In this document: positions 12,855 to 26,184 of the stretch, piece after piece
Layout of the letters: each line of letters starts with the position of its first letter
How positions within the stretch are numbered: position 1 is the stretch's first letter
Made by a program: the position numbers and the translations under genes
The notes under the pieces: generated by a model
Databases searched by the model: none
What the model was told of the DNA's origin: nothing
The model's input: the letters and a program-made list of their open reading frames with translations, nothing else
Assembly: GCA_964016885.1 (NCBI GenBank)
Contig: CAXHJY010001746.1
Span: 1 to 64,000, forward strand
Direction: 5' to 3'
DNA length: 64,000 bases
Source of the DNA: Eledone cirrhosa
Lineage: Eukaryota

Positions 12855-13009
12855 GTATTGTTACTATATTTATCTCCTCTTGTTTGTTAGCGTCCAGGAG
12901 GGGGGGGGGTCGCAAAATAATAAATAAAAAAATCAAGAAATTATATTTAATTTAAAAATAGAAATCGCAGTTGAGAAAGTTATGTCGATTCAAAGATTTA
13001 ATTTCACTT

Positions 13010-13690
13010 TACTGTGTATATCTAGTTTACAATAGGTACACTGTATTCCTGTGTTTACCTAGTTTACAATAGGTACACTGTATCCCTGTGTATATCTAGT
13101 TTACAATAGGTACACTGTATCCCTGTGTGTACCTGGTTTATAATAGGTACACTGTATCCCTGTGTGTATCTAGTTTACAATAGGTACACTGTATTCCTGT
13201 GTGCATCTGGTTTACAATAGGTACACTGTACCCTGTGTATATCTGGTTTACAATAGGTACACTGTATCCCTGTGTGTACCTGGTTTACAATAGGTACACT
13301 GTATCCCTGTGTGTACCTGGTTTACAATAGGTACACTGTATCCCTGTGTGTATCTGGTTTACAATAGGTACACTGTATCCTTGTGTGTACCTGGTTTACA
13401 ATAGGTACACTGTATCCCTGTGTATATCTGGTTTACAATAGGTACACTATATCCCTGTGTATATCTGGTTTACAATAGGTACACTGTATCCCTGTGTGTA
13501 TCAGGTTTACAATAGGTACACTATATCCCTGTGTATATCTGGTTTACAATAGGTACACTGTATCCCTGTATATATCTGGTTTACAATAAGTACACTGTAT
13601 TCCTGTGTGTACCTAGTTTACAATAGGTACACTATATCCCTGTGTATATCTGGTTTACAATAGGTACACTGAATCCCTGTGTATATCTAG
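13010..13690 (+). repeat. 37-bp minisatellite, about 18 copies
   Basis: Unit tacactgtatccctgtgtgtatctggtttacaatagg. Confidence 0.95.
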
Positions 13691-13696
13691 TATAGT

Positions 13697-13900
13697 GGAG
13701 GCGCATGGCCTAGTGGTAAGGGTGTTGGACTTACTATCATAATGTCGTGGGTTCAATTCCTGGGCTGGGTTGTATGTTGTGTTCTTGAGCAAAACACTTC
13801 ATTTCATGTTGCTCCAATATACTCAGCTGAAAATGAGTACCAGCAATAGCTGGGGGTTTAACCCTGTGATGGACTGGTGTCTTGTCCAAGGGGAGTCTTG
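13697..13900 (+). mobile_element. tRNA-derived SINE with CORE-like domain (copies at ~31615-31730 and ~35485-35615)
   Basis: A-box tggcctagtgg, B-box ggttcaattcc, then ttgtgttcttgagcaaaacactt. Confidence 0.7.
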
Positions 13901-14393
13901 TGCTCTTAGTCACCAGTGCTTATCCCGGCCAAATGAGCCTTCTGGCTTAAGACAGACTTTAGCCTTGGATCTGGTATATAATAGGTACATTGTATTCCTG
14001 TGTACCAGTCCATTTACCTGGTAAAAACAAGCTACACCTGTAATTTAATCAATTGTTAACCCTTTTTTGCTTGAGTTTTGACTGCATTTTGTTGTTGCTG
14101 CTGTTGTTACTATTTTTACTAGTATTGCTAGTATAATTTACAAGTGTTGTTATTACTACCACTACTACCACCACTACTACTATTACTACTACTACCACTA
14201 CTACAATTACCACCACCACTACTACTATCACCTATGAAACATCCGTACAACTCCCTCTTGTATAACATTGGTGACTTGCTCCTCATCATCATCCACATCA
14301 TCATTATCATCACCATCATCATCATACACTGTCAATAAAAATACACACCCTGACTTAGGTATTGAGTTCTTTTCCTCAGAAATGTTCACAATC

Positions 14394-14426
<33 letters not shown>

Positions 14427-14834
14427 ATATATATATATATGTGTGTATATAATATATATGTATATATGTATGTGTGTGTGTATATATATATATAATTTCA
14501 ATGTGGTCTAGCCACGCTTGCAAGTATTAGATAGCGTGAGAACTGTGTTAGGGTTACTCGTCCTCTTGGAATGCTCAGACATTTGCACGTTACTGTCACA
14601 AGCAGGTTGTGTTGTTTTCTTGTACAACTTGAATACTCCTCGTCACAAACGACGGAGATCCAACAGCCACTTCAACTAGCAATGCAGTTCTTCAATCCAA
14701 GGGAGGTAACTCTGTGATCAATGTTGTCCCTCTTAAAAATGAAGACGAAAGTTGACTATTAAAACATTAGAATTTCGTTTTTCGGTCTAACATAGAGGAT
14801 ATGTAAATACATTCGTAAATTTATATCGAATAAT

Positions 14835-15065
14835 AATATGAAAATTATTGTGTACCGTGCTCAGGTGCACTACTACTCTTCAAAGGTGCATGTATAGTAC
14901 ATAGAATAATGTACAAATGTCAGGAGAGTGAACAGTGTATGAGTCATGATATACATACAGATACACACATACACACACACACACACATGCGTGCGAGTGT
15001 ATGAAAGGGGAATATCAGGTGTAGTATTGGCAAATTTCGGGAAGCATGGAAGTTTTGAAGGATGA
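14835..15065 (-). mobile_element. CR1-like LINE 3' end (inverted partner of 21860-22240)
   Basis: Reverse complement of ~22030-22240. Confidence 0.65.
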
Positions 15066-18000
15066 AAGTGACAGGGTGAGAGGAATAGAATGAGATGGTT
15101 TGGCCATGTGTTGAGGAAGGATGGGAGTGACAGGGTGAGAGGAATAGAATGAGATGGTTTGGTCATGTGTTGAGGAAGGATGGGAGTGACAGGGTGAGAG
15201 GAATGGAATGAGATGGTTTGGCCATGTGTTGAGGAAGGATGGGAGTGACAGGGTGAGAGGAATGGAAGGAGATGGTTTGGTCATGTGTTGAGGAAGGATG
15301 GAAGTGTCAGGGTGAGAGGAATAGAATGAGATGGTTTGGCCATGTGTTGAGGAAGGATGGGAGTGACAGGGTGAGAGGAATGGAATAAGATGGTTTGGTC
15401 ATGTGTTGGGGAAGGATGGAAGTGTCAGGGTGAGAGGAATGGAATGAGATGGTTTGGTCATGTGTTGAGGAAGGATGGAAGTGTCAGGGTAAGAGGAATG
15501 GAATGAGATGGTTTGGTCGTGTGTTGAGGAAGGATGGAAGTGTCAGGGTGAGAGGAATGGAATGAGATGGTTTGGTCATGTGTTGAGGAAGGATGGAAGT
15601 GTCAGGGTGAGAGGAATGGAATGAGATGGTTTGGTCATGTGTTGAGGAAGGATGGAAGTGACAGGGTGAGAGGAATGGAATGAGATGGTTTGGTCATGTG
15701 TTGAGGAAGGATGGAAGTGACAGGGTGAGAGGAATGGAATGAGATGGTTTGGTCGTGTGTTGAGGAAGGATGGAAGTGACAGGGTGAGAGGAATGGAATG
15801 AGATGGTTTGGTCATGTGTTGAGGAAGGATGGAAGTGACAGGGTGAGAGGAATGGAAGGAGATGGTTTGGTCATGTGTTGAGGAAGGATGGAAGTGTCAG
15901 GGTGAGAGGAATGGAAGGAGATGGTTTGGTCATGTGTTGAGGAAGGATGGAAGTGTCAGGGTGAGAGGAATGGAAGGAGATGGTTTGGTCATGTGTTGAG
16001 GAAGGATGGAAGTGACAGGGTGAGAGGAATGGAAGGAGATGGTTTGGTCGTGTGTTGAGGAAGGATGGAAGTGTCAGGGTGAGAGGAATGGAAGGAGATG
16101 GTTTGGTCGTGTGTTGAGGAAGGATGGAAGTGACAGGGTGAGAGGAATGGAAGGAGATGGTTTGGTCATGTGTTGAGGAAGGATGGAAGTGACAGGGTGA
16201 GAGGAATGGAAGGAGATGGTTTGGTCATGTGTTGAGGAAGGATGGAAGTGTCAGGGTGAGAGGAATGGAAGGAGATGGTTTGGTCATGTGTTGAGGAAGG
16301 ATGGAAGTGACAGGGTGAGAGGAATGGAAGGAGATGGTTTGGTCATGTGTTGAGGAAGGATGGAAGTGACAGGGTGAGAGGAATGGAATGAGATGGTTTG
16401 GTCGTGTGTTGAGGAAGGATGGAAGTGACAGGGTGAGAGGAATGGAAGGAGATGGTTTGGTCGTGTGTTGAGGAAGGATGGAAGTGACAGGGTGAGAGGA
16501 ATGGAAGGAGATGGTTTGGTCATGTGTTGAGGAAGGATGGAAGTGACAGGGTGAGAGGAATGGAAGGAGATGGTTTGGTCGTGTGTTGAGGAAGGATGGA
16601 AGTGACAGGGTGAGAGGAATGGAAGGAGATGGTTTGGTCGTGTGTTGAGGAAGGATGGAAGTGACAGGGTGAGAGGAATGGAAGGAGATGGTTTGGTCGT
16701 GTGTTGAGGAAGGATGGAAGTGACAGGGTGAGAGGAATGGAAGGAGATGGTTTGGTCATGTGTTGAGGAAGGATGGAAGTGACAGGGTGAGAGGAATGGA
16801 AGGAGATGGTTTGGTCGTGTGTTGAGGAAGGATGGAAGTGACAGGGTGAGAGGAATGGAAGGAGATGGTTTGGTCATGTGTTGAGGAAGGATGGAAGTGA
16901 CAGGGTGAGAGGAATGGAAGGAGATGGTTTGGTCGTGTGTTGAGGAAGGATGGAAGTGACAGGGTGAGAGGAATGGAAGGAGATGGTTTGGTCATGTGTT
17001 GAGGAAGGATGGAAGTGACAGGGTGAGAGGAATGGAAGGAGATGGTTTGGTCGTGTGTTGAGGAAGGATGGAAGTGACAGGGTGAGAGGAATGGAATGAG
17101 ATGGTTTGGTCATGTGTTGAGGAAGGATGGAAGTGTCAGGGTGAGAGGAATGGAATGAGATGGTTTGGTCATGTGTTGAGGAAGGATGGAAGTGTCAGGG
17201 TGAGAGGAATGGAATGAGATGGTTTGGTCGTGTGTTGAGGAAGGATGGAAGTGACAGGGTGAGAGGAATGGAAGGAGATGGTTTGGTCGTGTGTTGAGGA
17301 AGGATGGAAGTGACAGGGTGAGAGGAATGGAAGGAGATGGTTTGGTCATGTGTTGAGGAAGGATGGAAGTGACAGGGTGAGAGGAATGGAAGGAGATGGT
17401 TTGGTCATGTGTTGAGGAAGGATGGAAGTGACAGGGTGAGAGGAATGGAAGGAGATGGTTTGGTCATGTGTTGAGGAAGGATGGAAGTGTCAGGGTGAGA
17501 GGAATGGAATGAGATGGTTTGGTCGTGTGTTGAGGAAGGATGGAAGTGTCAGGGTGAGAGGAATGGAATGAGATGGTTTGGTCATGTGTTGAGGAAGGAT
17601 GGAAGTGTCAGGGTGAGAGGAATGGAATGAGATGGTTTGGTCATGTGTTGAGGAAGGATGGAAGTGACAGGGTGAGAGGAATGGAATGAGATGGTTTGGT
17701 CATGTGTTGAGGAAGGATGGAAGTGTCAGGGTGAGAGGAATGGAAGGAGATGGTTTGGTCATGTGTTGAGGAAGGATGGAAGTGACAGGGTGAGAGGAAT
17801 GGAATGAGATGGTTTGGTCATGTGTTGAGGAAGGATGGAAGTATCAGGTAAGAGGAATGGAATGAGATGGTTTGGTCATGTGTTGAGGAAGGATGGAAGT
17901 GTCAGGGTGAGAGGAATGGAATGAGATGGTTTGGTCATGTGTTGAGGAAGGATGGAAGTGTCAGGGTGAGAGGAATGGAATGAGATGGTTTGGTCATGTG

Positions 18001-21000
18001 TTGAGGAAGGATGGAAGTATCAGGTAAGAGGAATGGAATGAGATGGTTTGGTCATGTGTTGAGGAAGGATGGAAGTGTCAGGGTGAGAGGAATGGATGGA
18101 GATGGTTTGGTCATGTGTTGAGGAAGGATGGAAGTGTCAGGGTGAGAGGAATGGAAGGAGATGGTTTGGTCATGTGTTGAGGAAGGATGGAAGTGACAGG
18201 GTGAGAGGAATGGAATGAGATGGTTTGGTCATGTGTTGAGGAAGGATGGAAGTGTCAGGGTGAGAGGAATGGAAGGAGATGGTTTGGTCATGTGTTGAGG
18301 AAGGATGGAAGTGTCAGGGTGAGAGGAATGGAAGGAGATGGTTTGGTCATGTGTTGAGGAAGGATGGAAGTGACAGGGTGAGAGGAATGGAAGGAGATGG
18401 TTTGGTCATGTGTTGAGGAAGGATGGAAGTGACAGGGTGAGAGGAATGGAATGAGATGGTTTGGTCATGTGTTGAGGAAGGATGGAAGTGTCAGGGTGAG
18501 AGGAATGGAATGAGATGGTTTGGTCATGTGTTGAGGAAGGATGGAAGTGTCAGGGTGAGAGGAATGGAAGGAGATGGTTTGGTCATGTGTTGAGGAAGGA
18601 TGGAAGTGTCAGGGTGAGAGGAATGGAAGGAGATGGTTTGGTCATGTGTTGAGGAAGGATGGAAGTGACAGGGTGAGAGGAATGGAATGAGATGGTTTGG
18701 TCATGTGTTGAGGAAGGATGGAAGTATCAGGTAAGAGGAATGGAATGAGATGGTTTGGTCATGTGTTGAGGAAGGATGGAAGTGTCAGGGTGAGAGGAAT
18801 GGAATGAGATGGTTTGGTCATGTGTTGAGGAAGGATGGAAGTGTCAGGGTGAGAGGAATGGAATGAGATGGTTTGGTCATGTGTTGAGGAAGGATGGAAG
18901 TATCAGGTAAGAGGAATGGAATGAGATGGTTTGGTCATGTGTTGAGGAAGGATGGAAGTATCAGGTAAGAGGAATGGAATGAGATGGTTTGGTCATGTGT
19001 TGAGGAAGGATGGAAGTGTCAGGGTGAGAGGAATGGATGGAGATGGTTTGGTCGTGTGTTGAGGAAGGATGGAAGTGTCAGGGTGAGAGGAATGGAATGA
19101 GATGGTTTGGTCATGTGTTGAGGAAGGATGGAAGTGTCAGGGTGAGAGGAATGGAAGGAGATGGTTTGGTCATGTGTTGAGGAAGGATGGAAGTGACAGG
19201 GTGAGAGGAATGGAATGAGATGGTTTGGTCATGTGTTGAGGAAGGATGGAAGTGTCAGGGTGAGAGGAATGGAAGGAGATGGTTTGGTCATGTGTTGAGG
19301 AAGGATGGAAGTGACAGGGTGAGAGGAATGGAATGAGATGGTTTGGTCATGTGTTGAGGAAGGATGGAAGTATCAGGTAAGAGGAATGGAATGAGATGGT
19401 TTGGTCATGTGTTGAGGAAGGATGGAAGTGACAGGGTGAGAGGAATGGAATGAGATGGTTTGGTCATGTGTTGAGGAAGGATGGAAGTGTCAGGGTGGGA
19501 GGAATGGAATGAGATGGTTTGGTCATGTGTTGAGGAAGGATGGAAGTATCAGGTAAGAGGAATGGAATGAGATGGTTTGGTCATGTGTTGAGGAAGGATG
19601 GAAGTGTCAGGGTGAGAGGAATGGAAGGAGATGGTTTGGCCATGTGTTGAGGAAGGATGGAAGTGTCAGGGTGAGAGGAATGGAATGAGATGGTTTGGTC
19701 ATGTGTTGAGGAAGGATGGAAGTATCAGGTGAGAGGAATGGAAGGAGATGGTTTGGTCATGTGTTGAGGAAGGATGGAAGTGTCAGGTAAGAGGAATGGA
19801 ATGAGATGGTTTGGTCATGTGTTGAGGAAGGATGGAAGTGTCAGGGTGAGAGGAATGGAAGGAGATGGTTTGGCCATGTGTTGAGGAAGGATGGAAGTGT
19901 CAGGGTGAGAGGAATGGAATGAGATGGTTTGGTCATGTGTTGAGGAAGGATGGAAGTATCAGGTAAGAGGAATGGAATGAGATGGTTTGGTCATGTGTTG
20001 AGGAAGGATGGAAGTATCAGGTAAGAGGAATGGAATGAGATGGTTTGGTCATGTGTTGAGGAAGGATGGAAGTATCAGGTAAGAGGAATGGAAGGAGATG
20101 GTTTGGTCGTGTGTTGAGGAAGGATGGAAGTGTCAGGGTGAGAGGAATGGAATGAGATGGTTTGGTCATGTGTTGAGGAAGGATGGAAGTGTCAGGGTGA
20201 GAGGAATGGAAGGAGATGGTTTGGTCATGTGTTGAGGAAGGATGGAAGTGTCAGGGTGAGAGGAATGGAATGAGATGGTTTGGTCATGTGTTGAGGAAGG
20301 ATGGAAGTATCAGGGTGAGAGGAATGGAAGGAGATGGTTTGGTCATGTGTTGAGGAAGGATGGAAGTGTCAGGGTGAGAGGAATGGAATGAGATGGTTTG
20401 GTCATGTGTTGAGGAAGGATGGAAGTGACAGGGTGAGAGGAATGGAATGAGATGGTTTGGTCGTGTGTTGAGGAAGGATGGAAGTGACAGGGTGAGAGGA
20501 ATGGAATGAGATGGTTTGGTCATGTGTTGAGGAAGGATGGAAGTGACAGGGTGAGAGGAATGGAATGAGATGGTTTGGTCATGTGTTGAGGAAGGATGGA
20601 AGTGTCAGGGTAAGAGGAATGGAATGAGATGGTTTGGTCATGTGTTGAGGAAGGATGGAAGTGACAGGGTGAGAGGAATGGAATGAGATGGTTTGGTCGT
20701 GTGTTGAGGAAGGATGGAAGTGTCAGGGTGAGAGGAATGGAATGAGATGGTTTGGTCATGTGTTGAGGAAGGATGGAAGTGTCAGGGTGAGAGGAATGGA
20801 AGGAGATGGTTTGGTCATGTGTTGAGGAAGGATGGAAGTGACAGGGTGAGAGGAATGGAATGAGATGGTTTGGTCATGTGTTGAGGAAGGATGGAAGTGA
20901 CAGGGTGAGAGGAATGGAATGAGATGGTTTGGTCGTGTGTTGAGGAAGGATGGAAGTGTCAGGGTGAGAGGAATGGAATGAGATGGTTTGGTCATGTGTT

Positions 21001-21715
21001 GAGGAAGGATGGAAGTGTCAGGGTGAGAGGAATGGAAGGAGATGGTTTGGTCGTGTGTTGAGGAAGGATGGAAGTGTCAGGGTGAGAGGAATGGAATGAG
21101 ATGGTTTGGTCATGTGTTGAGGAAGGATGGAAGTGTCAGGGTGAGAGGAATGGAATGAGATGGTTTGGTCGTGTGTTGAGGAAGGATGGAAGTGTCAGGG
21201 TGAGAGGAATGGAATGAGATGGTTTGGTCATGTGTTGAGGAAGGATGGAAGTGTCAGGGTGAGAGGAATGGAAGGAGATGGTTTGGTCATGTGTTGAGGA
21301 AGGATGGAAGTGTCAGGGTGAGAGGAATGGAATGAGATGGTTTGGTCATGTGTTGAGGAAGGATGGAAGTGTCAGGGTGAGAGGAATGGAATGAGATGGT
21401 TTGGTCATGTGTTGAGGAAGGATGGAAGTGTCAGGGTGAGAGGAATGGAATGAGATGGTTTGGTCATGTGTTGAGGAAGGATGGAAGTATCAGGTGAGAG
21501 GAATGGAATGAGATGGTTTGGTCATGTGTTGAGGAAGGATGGAAGTGTCAGGGTGAGATGAATGGAATGAGATGGTTTGGTCATGTGTTGAGGAAAGATG
21601 AAAGTACCTGTGTGAGAGGAATAGAGCCAGTGATGGATGTTGTGAAGAAGAATGAGATGGTTTGGTCATGTGTTGAGGAAGGATGGAAGTGACAGGGTGA
21701 GAGGAATAGAACCAG
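15058..21715 (+). repeat. 59-bp satellite, about 112 copies, in an SH2B intron
   Basis: Unit gaggaaggatggaagtg(a/t)cagggtgagaggaatggaa(t/g)gagatggtttggtc(a/g)tgtgtt. Confidence 0.97.
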
Positions 21716-21859
21716 TGACCATAGAGCATTTGTTGTTTTGTCTATTTTCTGAATTGATTATTACTAATTAATTGGTTTTGGTTATTAAAGGCATGAAACT
21801 AACACAGTGTGGTGTTTGTGTTGTGACATATAGCATGTCTTGGGCAGAGACCCTTCTTT

Positions 21860-22240
21860 CTACAGATCTGCCAACAACAACCCTGAGCACCTTTTTGATC
21901 TCCATGTGTCTAATACACGTGGACATGCCTACAAAGTCAGAAAACAGCACAGCTCCCATAACTTTTGGAAACATTTTTTCACGCTTACAGCTGCTGTACT
22001 ACCTGCGTCAGTTGTTAGCTGCCGAGACACTGCATCCTTTAAAACCCTCATGCTTCCCGAAATTCACGAAAGCTACACCTGATGTCCCCCTTCCATACAC
22101 ATGCACACATGTATATATCATGACTCATGCACTGTTCATTTTCCTGACGTTTGTACATTACCCTATGTACTACACATACACTTTTGATGAGTTGTAGTGC
22201 ACCTGAGCACTGTACACAATATTTTCATTATTATTATTAT
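21860..22240 (+). mobile_element. CR1-like LINE 3' end with (ATT)n tail
   Basis: NTRGHAYKVRKQHSSHNFWKHFF resembles the CR1 ORF2 end TRGHxxKL...FF. Confidence 0.7.
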
Positions 22241-22525
22241 CTGCTCACGAACTCTCTCTTTCAGAGAAAGAGAGAGTTAGTGTACGAGAGTGAATTGGTG
22301 AGAGAGAAAGAAAGAGTTAGTGTGAGAGAGAGTTAGTGAGACAGAGAGTGGAAGTGAGAAAGAAATATATAAGAATCAACCCAGTATTTGACTGGTACTT
22401 TTTATATTGACCTCGAAATGATGAAAGGCAAAGTTAACCTTGGTAAGATTTGAACTTCAGGTTCAGAGAGCCAGAACAACTGCTACAAATCATTTTATAG
22501 GACGCTCTACCGACTCTGTCAATTC

Positions 22526-23530
22526 ACTATTGTATTTTCACAGTAAAGGCTTTACCTCACATAATATCTCACATAACGTTTACATAACTCTATATACACT
22601 ATTGTATTTTCACGGTAAAGGCTTTACCTCACATAATATCTCACATAACATTTACATAACTCTATATACACTATTGTATTTTCACAGTAAAGGCTTTACC
22701 TCACATAATATCTCACATAACATTTACATTACTCTATATATACTATTGTATTTTCACAGTAAAGGCTTTACCTCACATAATATCTCACATAACATTTACA
22801 TTACTCTATATATACTATTGTATTTTCACAGTAAAGGCTTTACCTCACATAATATCTCACATAACATTTACATTACTCTATATATACTATTGTATTTTCA
22901 CGGTAAAGGCTTTATCTCACATAATATCTCACATAACATTTACATTACTCTATATATACTATTGTATTTTCACAGTAAAGGCTTTACCTCACATAATACC
23001 TCACATAACATTTACATTACTCTATATATACTATTGTATTTTCACGGTAAAGGCTTTACCTCACATAACATTTACATTACTCTATATATACTATTGTATT
23101 TTCACAGTAAAGGCTTTACCTCACATAATATCTCACATTAACATTTACATTACTCTATATATACTATTGTATTTTCACGGTAAAGGCTTTACCTCACATA
23201 ACATTTACATTACTCTATATATACTATTGTATTTTCACAGTAAAGGCTTTACCTCACATAATATCTCACATTAACATTTACATTACTCTATATATACTAT
23301 TGTATTTTCACGGTAAAGGCTTTACCTCACATAACATTTACATTACTCTATATATACTATTGTATTTTCACAGTAAAGGCTTTACCTCACATAATATCTC
23401 GCATAACATTTATATTACTCTATATATACTATTGTATTTTGACTGTAAAGGCTTTACCTCACATAACATTTACATTACTCTATATATACTATTGTATTTT
23501 CACTGTAAAGGCTTTACCTCACATAATTAA
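22526..23530 (+). repeat. 72/60-bp minisatellite derived from the MITE left end
   Basis: Unit ctattgtattttcacagtaaaggctttacctcacataa(tatctcacataa)catttacattactctatatata. It runs directly into the rest of the piggyBac-type MITE. Confidence 0.92.
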
Positions 23531-23847
23531 TTACCTTACATAATATCGAATCTATGAGATTTTGATATTTATTTTGAGAACAATACCTTAACATCAGTAT
23601 GAATGGCCAGTTATGGCCAGTTTGAATAGAAAGAGGTGAGAGAATTTTGGTCAGATATGGCTGGTTTCAATGCTAAAGGGTTAACCTGTATGTCACATTT
23701 GTAAACAAAAAAGAAATAGTGCCCCCTTTAAAGTAGTAGTATATGCTACAGACTCCAAATCAACCTAGTTCAGCTCTGCTGATCCTTTTACCTGAATGCT
23801 GCCAACCCTTTCATCTTTACTAACAAACTAAAATGAAATAAAAAGAA

Positions 23848-24332
23848 CAAAACCATACCTGGTTGACCTCTGAATGTTGTTGTTGCTACTGACCCCCCCC
23901 CCCCCCACATTCTAATGGACCAGTCCAACCTGTCAAAACCATACCTGGTTGACCACTGAATGCTGTTATTGCTACTTACACCCCCCCATGTTCTAATGGA
24001 ACAGTCCAACCTGTCAAAACCATACCTGGTTGACCTCTGAATGCTGCTGTTGCTATTGACACCCTCCACATTCTAATGGAACAGTCCAGCCTGTCAAAAC
24101 TATACCTGGTTGACCACTGAATGCTGTTGTTGCTACTTACACTCCCCCATGTTCAAATGGAAAAGTCCAACCTGTCAAAACCATACCTGGTTGACCTCTG
24201 CACTGAATGCTGTTGTTGCTACTGACACCCCTCACATTCTAATGGAACAGTCCAACCTGTCAGAACCATACCTGGTTGACCTCTGCACTGAATGCTGTTG
24301 TTGCTACTGACACCTTTCACGTTCTAATGGAA
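23848..24332 (+). repeat. ~80-bp minisatellite, about 6 copies
   Basis: aaaccatacctggttgacc..tgaatgctgttgttgctact...ttctaatggaacagtccaacctgtca. Confidence 0.9.
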
Positions 24333-24402
24333 TGAACCGTTGACCGAGCCAGTCCATTTCTAACACAATGACCTCTCTTCATTGTCACTCAATGATTTGC
24401 AG

Positions 24403-24591
24403 ACCTCCGACAGCGGAACTCTGTCCATGGAACCATGGTAAGTGGCCATGTCTCGGCTGCTGTTGACCTACGTCCCTCTCGCCATGGCACCGCAGCCCAG
24501 CAGCGCCCAGTTAGCGCCATGCCCCACATTGGTTCACCATCGTCCTATCCCGACCATACTGGAGCATCGGCCAGATTTGAAGTCTCCCTTG
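24403..24591 (+). CDS. SH2B: SH2B exon D (PH-SH2 linker)
   Basis: Acceptor tttgcag|. GC-rich open frame (D)LRQRNSVHGTMVSGHVSAAVDLRPSRHGTAAQQRPVSAMPHIGSPSSYPDHTGASARFEVSL. Donor G|gttagt. Phases 1/1 fit both neighbours. Confidence 0.75.
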
Positions 24592-24747
24592 GTTAGTATC
24601 CCTGTATCTTTTCTCCAGAAAAAAAAATCTCTAGATGTGGCATTTGTACTTTGCTGAGATAGTATATTTCAAATTTAGTATATGTATGTGTTTGTGCTTC
24701 TGTGTGTGTCTATATGTGTCTGTGTGTGTGTTTGTATGTGTGCATGA

Positions 24748-24795
<48 letters not shown>

Positions 24796-25287
24796 ATATA
24801 TATATATGTGTCAGTATATGTGCGTGTGTGTATATATATATGTGTATGTATATGCATATATATGTGTGTGTCAGTATATGTTTGTGTATGTATGTATATA
24901 TATATATATATGTATGTCAGTATATATATATATATCTATATCTATATGCATCTGTATATATATGTCATTGTGTGTGTGTGTGTGTGTGTATTATAAAAAG
25001 GAATAGACTGTATCACATATACATAGTCAGTTATTTATATCATTCCATTATGCACATTTCAAAGACATCAAAGTTATGTAACTGGAGATGTATACATAAT
25101 ACCTTATGGCACCCACATTGTAGAGTTCTTATGTCTGGTTACACTATAGTCAGTCCATTGTTTGATCAGCCAACACTGATTACTTGGTGTGTATATATAT
25201 ATAGTTAGTTTGTTTCTTTAGCCAGTTTATGATTTCATGTTAGATTTCAAAGCAGTCTCTTTAAAAACATTTCATAGCTTTCTTCTG

Positions 25288-25329
<42 letters not shown>

Positions 25330-25340
25330 CTACATGCATA

Positions 25341-25423
<83 letters not shown>

Positions 25424-26184
25424 ATATATTATAGAATGACTTCTGCAGGACTAGAACTGCGACACTGACACCCTGACATGCCCCTCCCCTTGACATTCAA
25501 TCCAACCCTCCGAAGACCATACCAACACCCCCAACAGCCATCTGAATCCTCCAAACCCACCCCCCAAACCCCAAAGGCCATCCCTACCTCCTTGACAACC
25601 GCCACCAACACCCCGACAACCCTAACATCCCAACTGTCAAAACTCCACCCCAACAATGTCTACATATGTTATTCTTTGACTTTTTGTTTCTTCTTTCCCT
25701 CCCACCTCCATTTTCAGATGGTTCTGGTCCTGAAAGTCCACCCCAACCTTCCCAAAATCCACTACGACTCTAAAGCACACATGAACTCCCCAAAGGCCAC
25801 CCCCAAACCCTCTGAAGGCCACTCCAAACCCACTCTAATCACCAAGGCCAGCTTATACCCCTGACAACCAGCTCATACCCCTGACAACCACCCTTAATAT
25901 AAAACAATGTCTACATATGTTATTGTCTTTGTCTTCTTCTCCCCTCCCTCTATTTTCAGATTGTTCTGGCCCTGAAAATCCACCCAACCTCCTGAAGCCC
26001 ACCCTAACCCCCTGAAGCCCACCCGACCACCCTGAAGCCCACCAAAGGCCTCCCAACCCTCCCAAAGGCCACCCCACTCCCCGAAAGGCCTCCCATATCC
26101 ATGACAACCACCCTTAATATCTCAACAATGTCTACATATGTTATTCTGTTTCTTTCTTCTCCCCCCCCCCCCCTCTATTTTCAG

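Noticed and set aside
13697-13770. tRNA gene
   Set aside because: A and B boxes are present but the sequence continues into a SINE body, with no proper cloverleaf.
15058-21715. CRISPR-like or coding array
   Set aside because: No unique spacers, eukaryotic context, and the 59-bp unit is not a multiple of 3.
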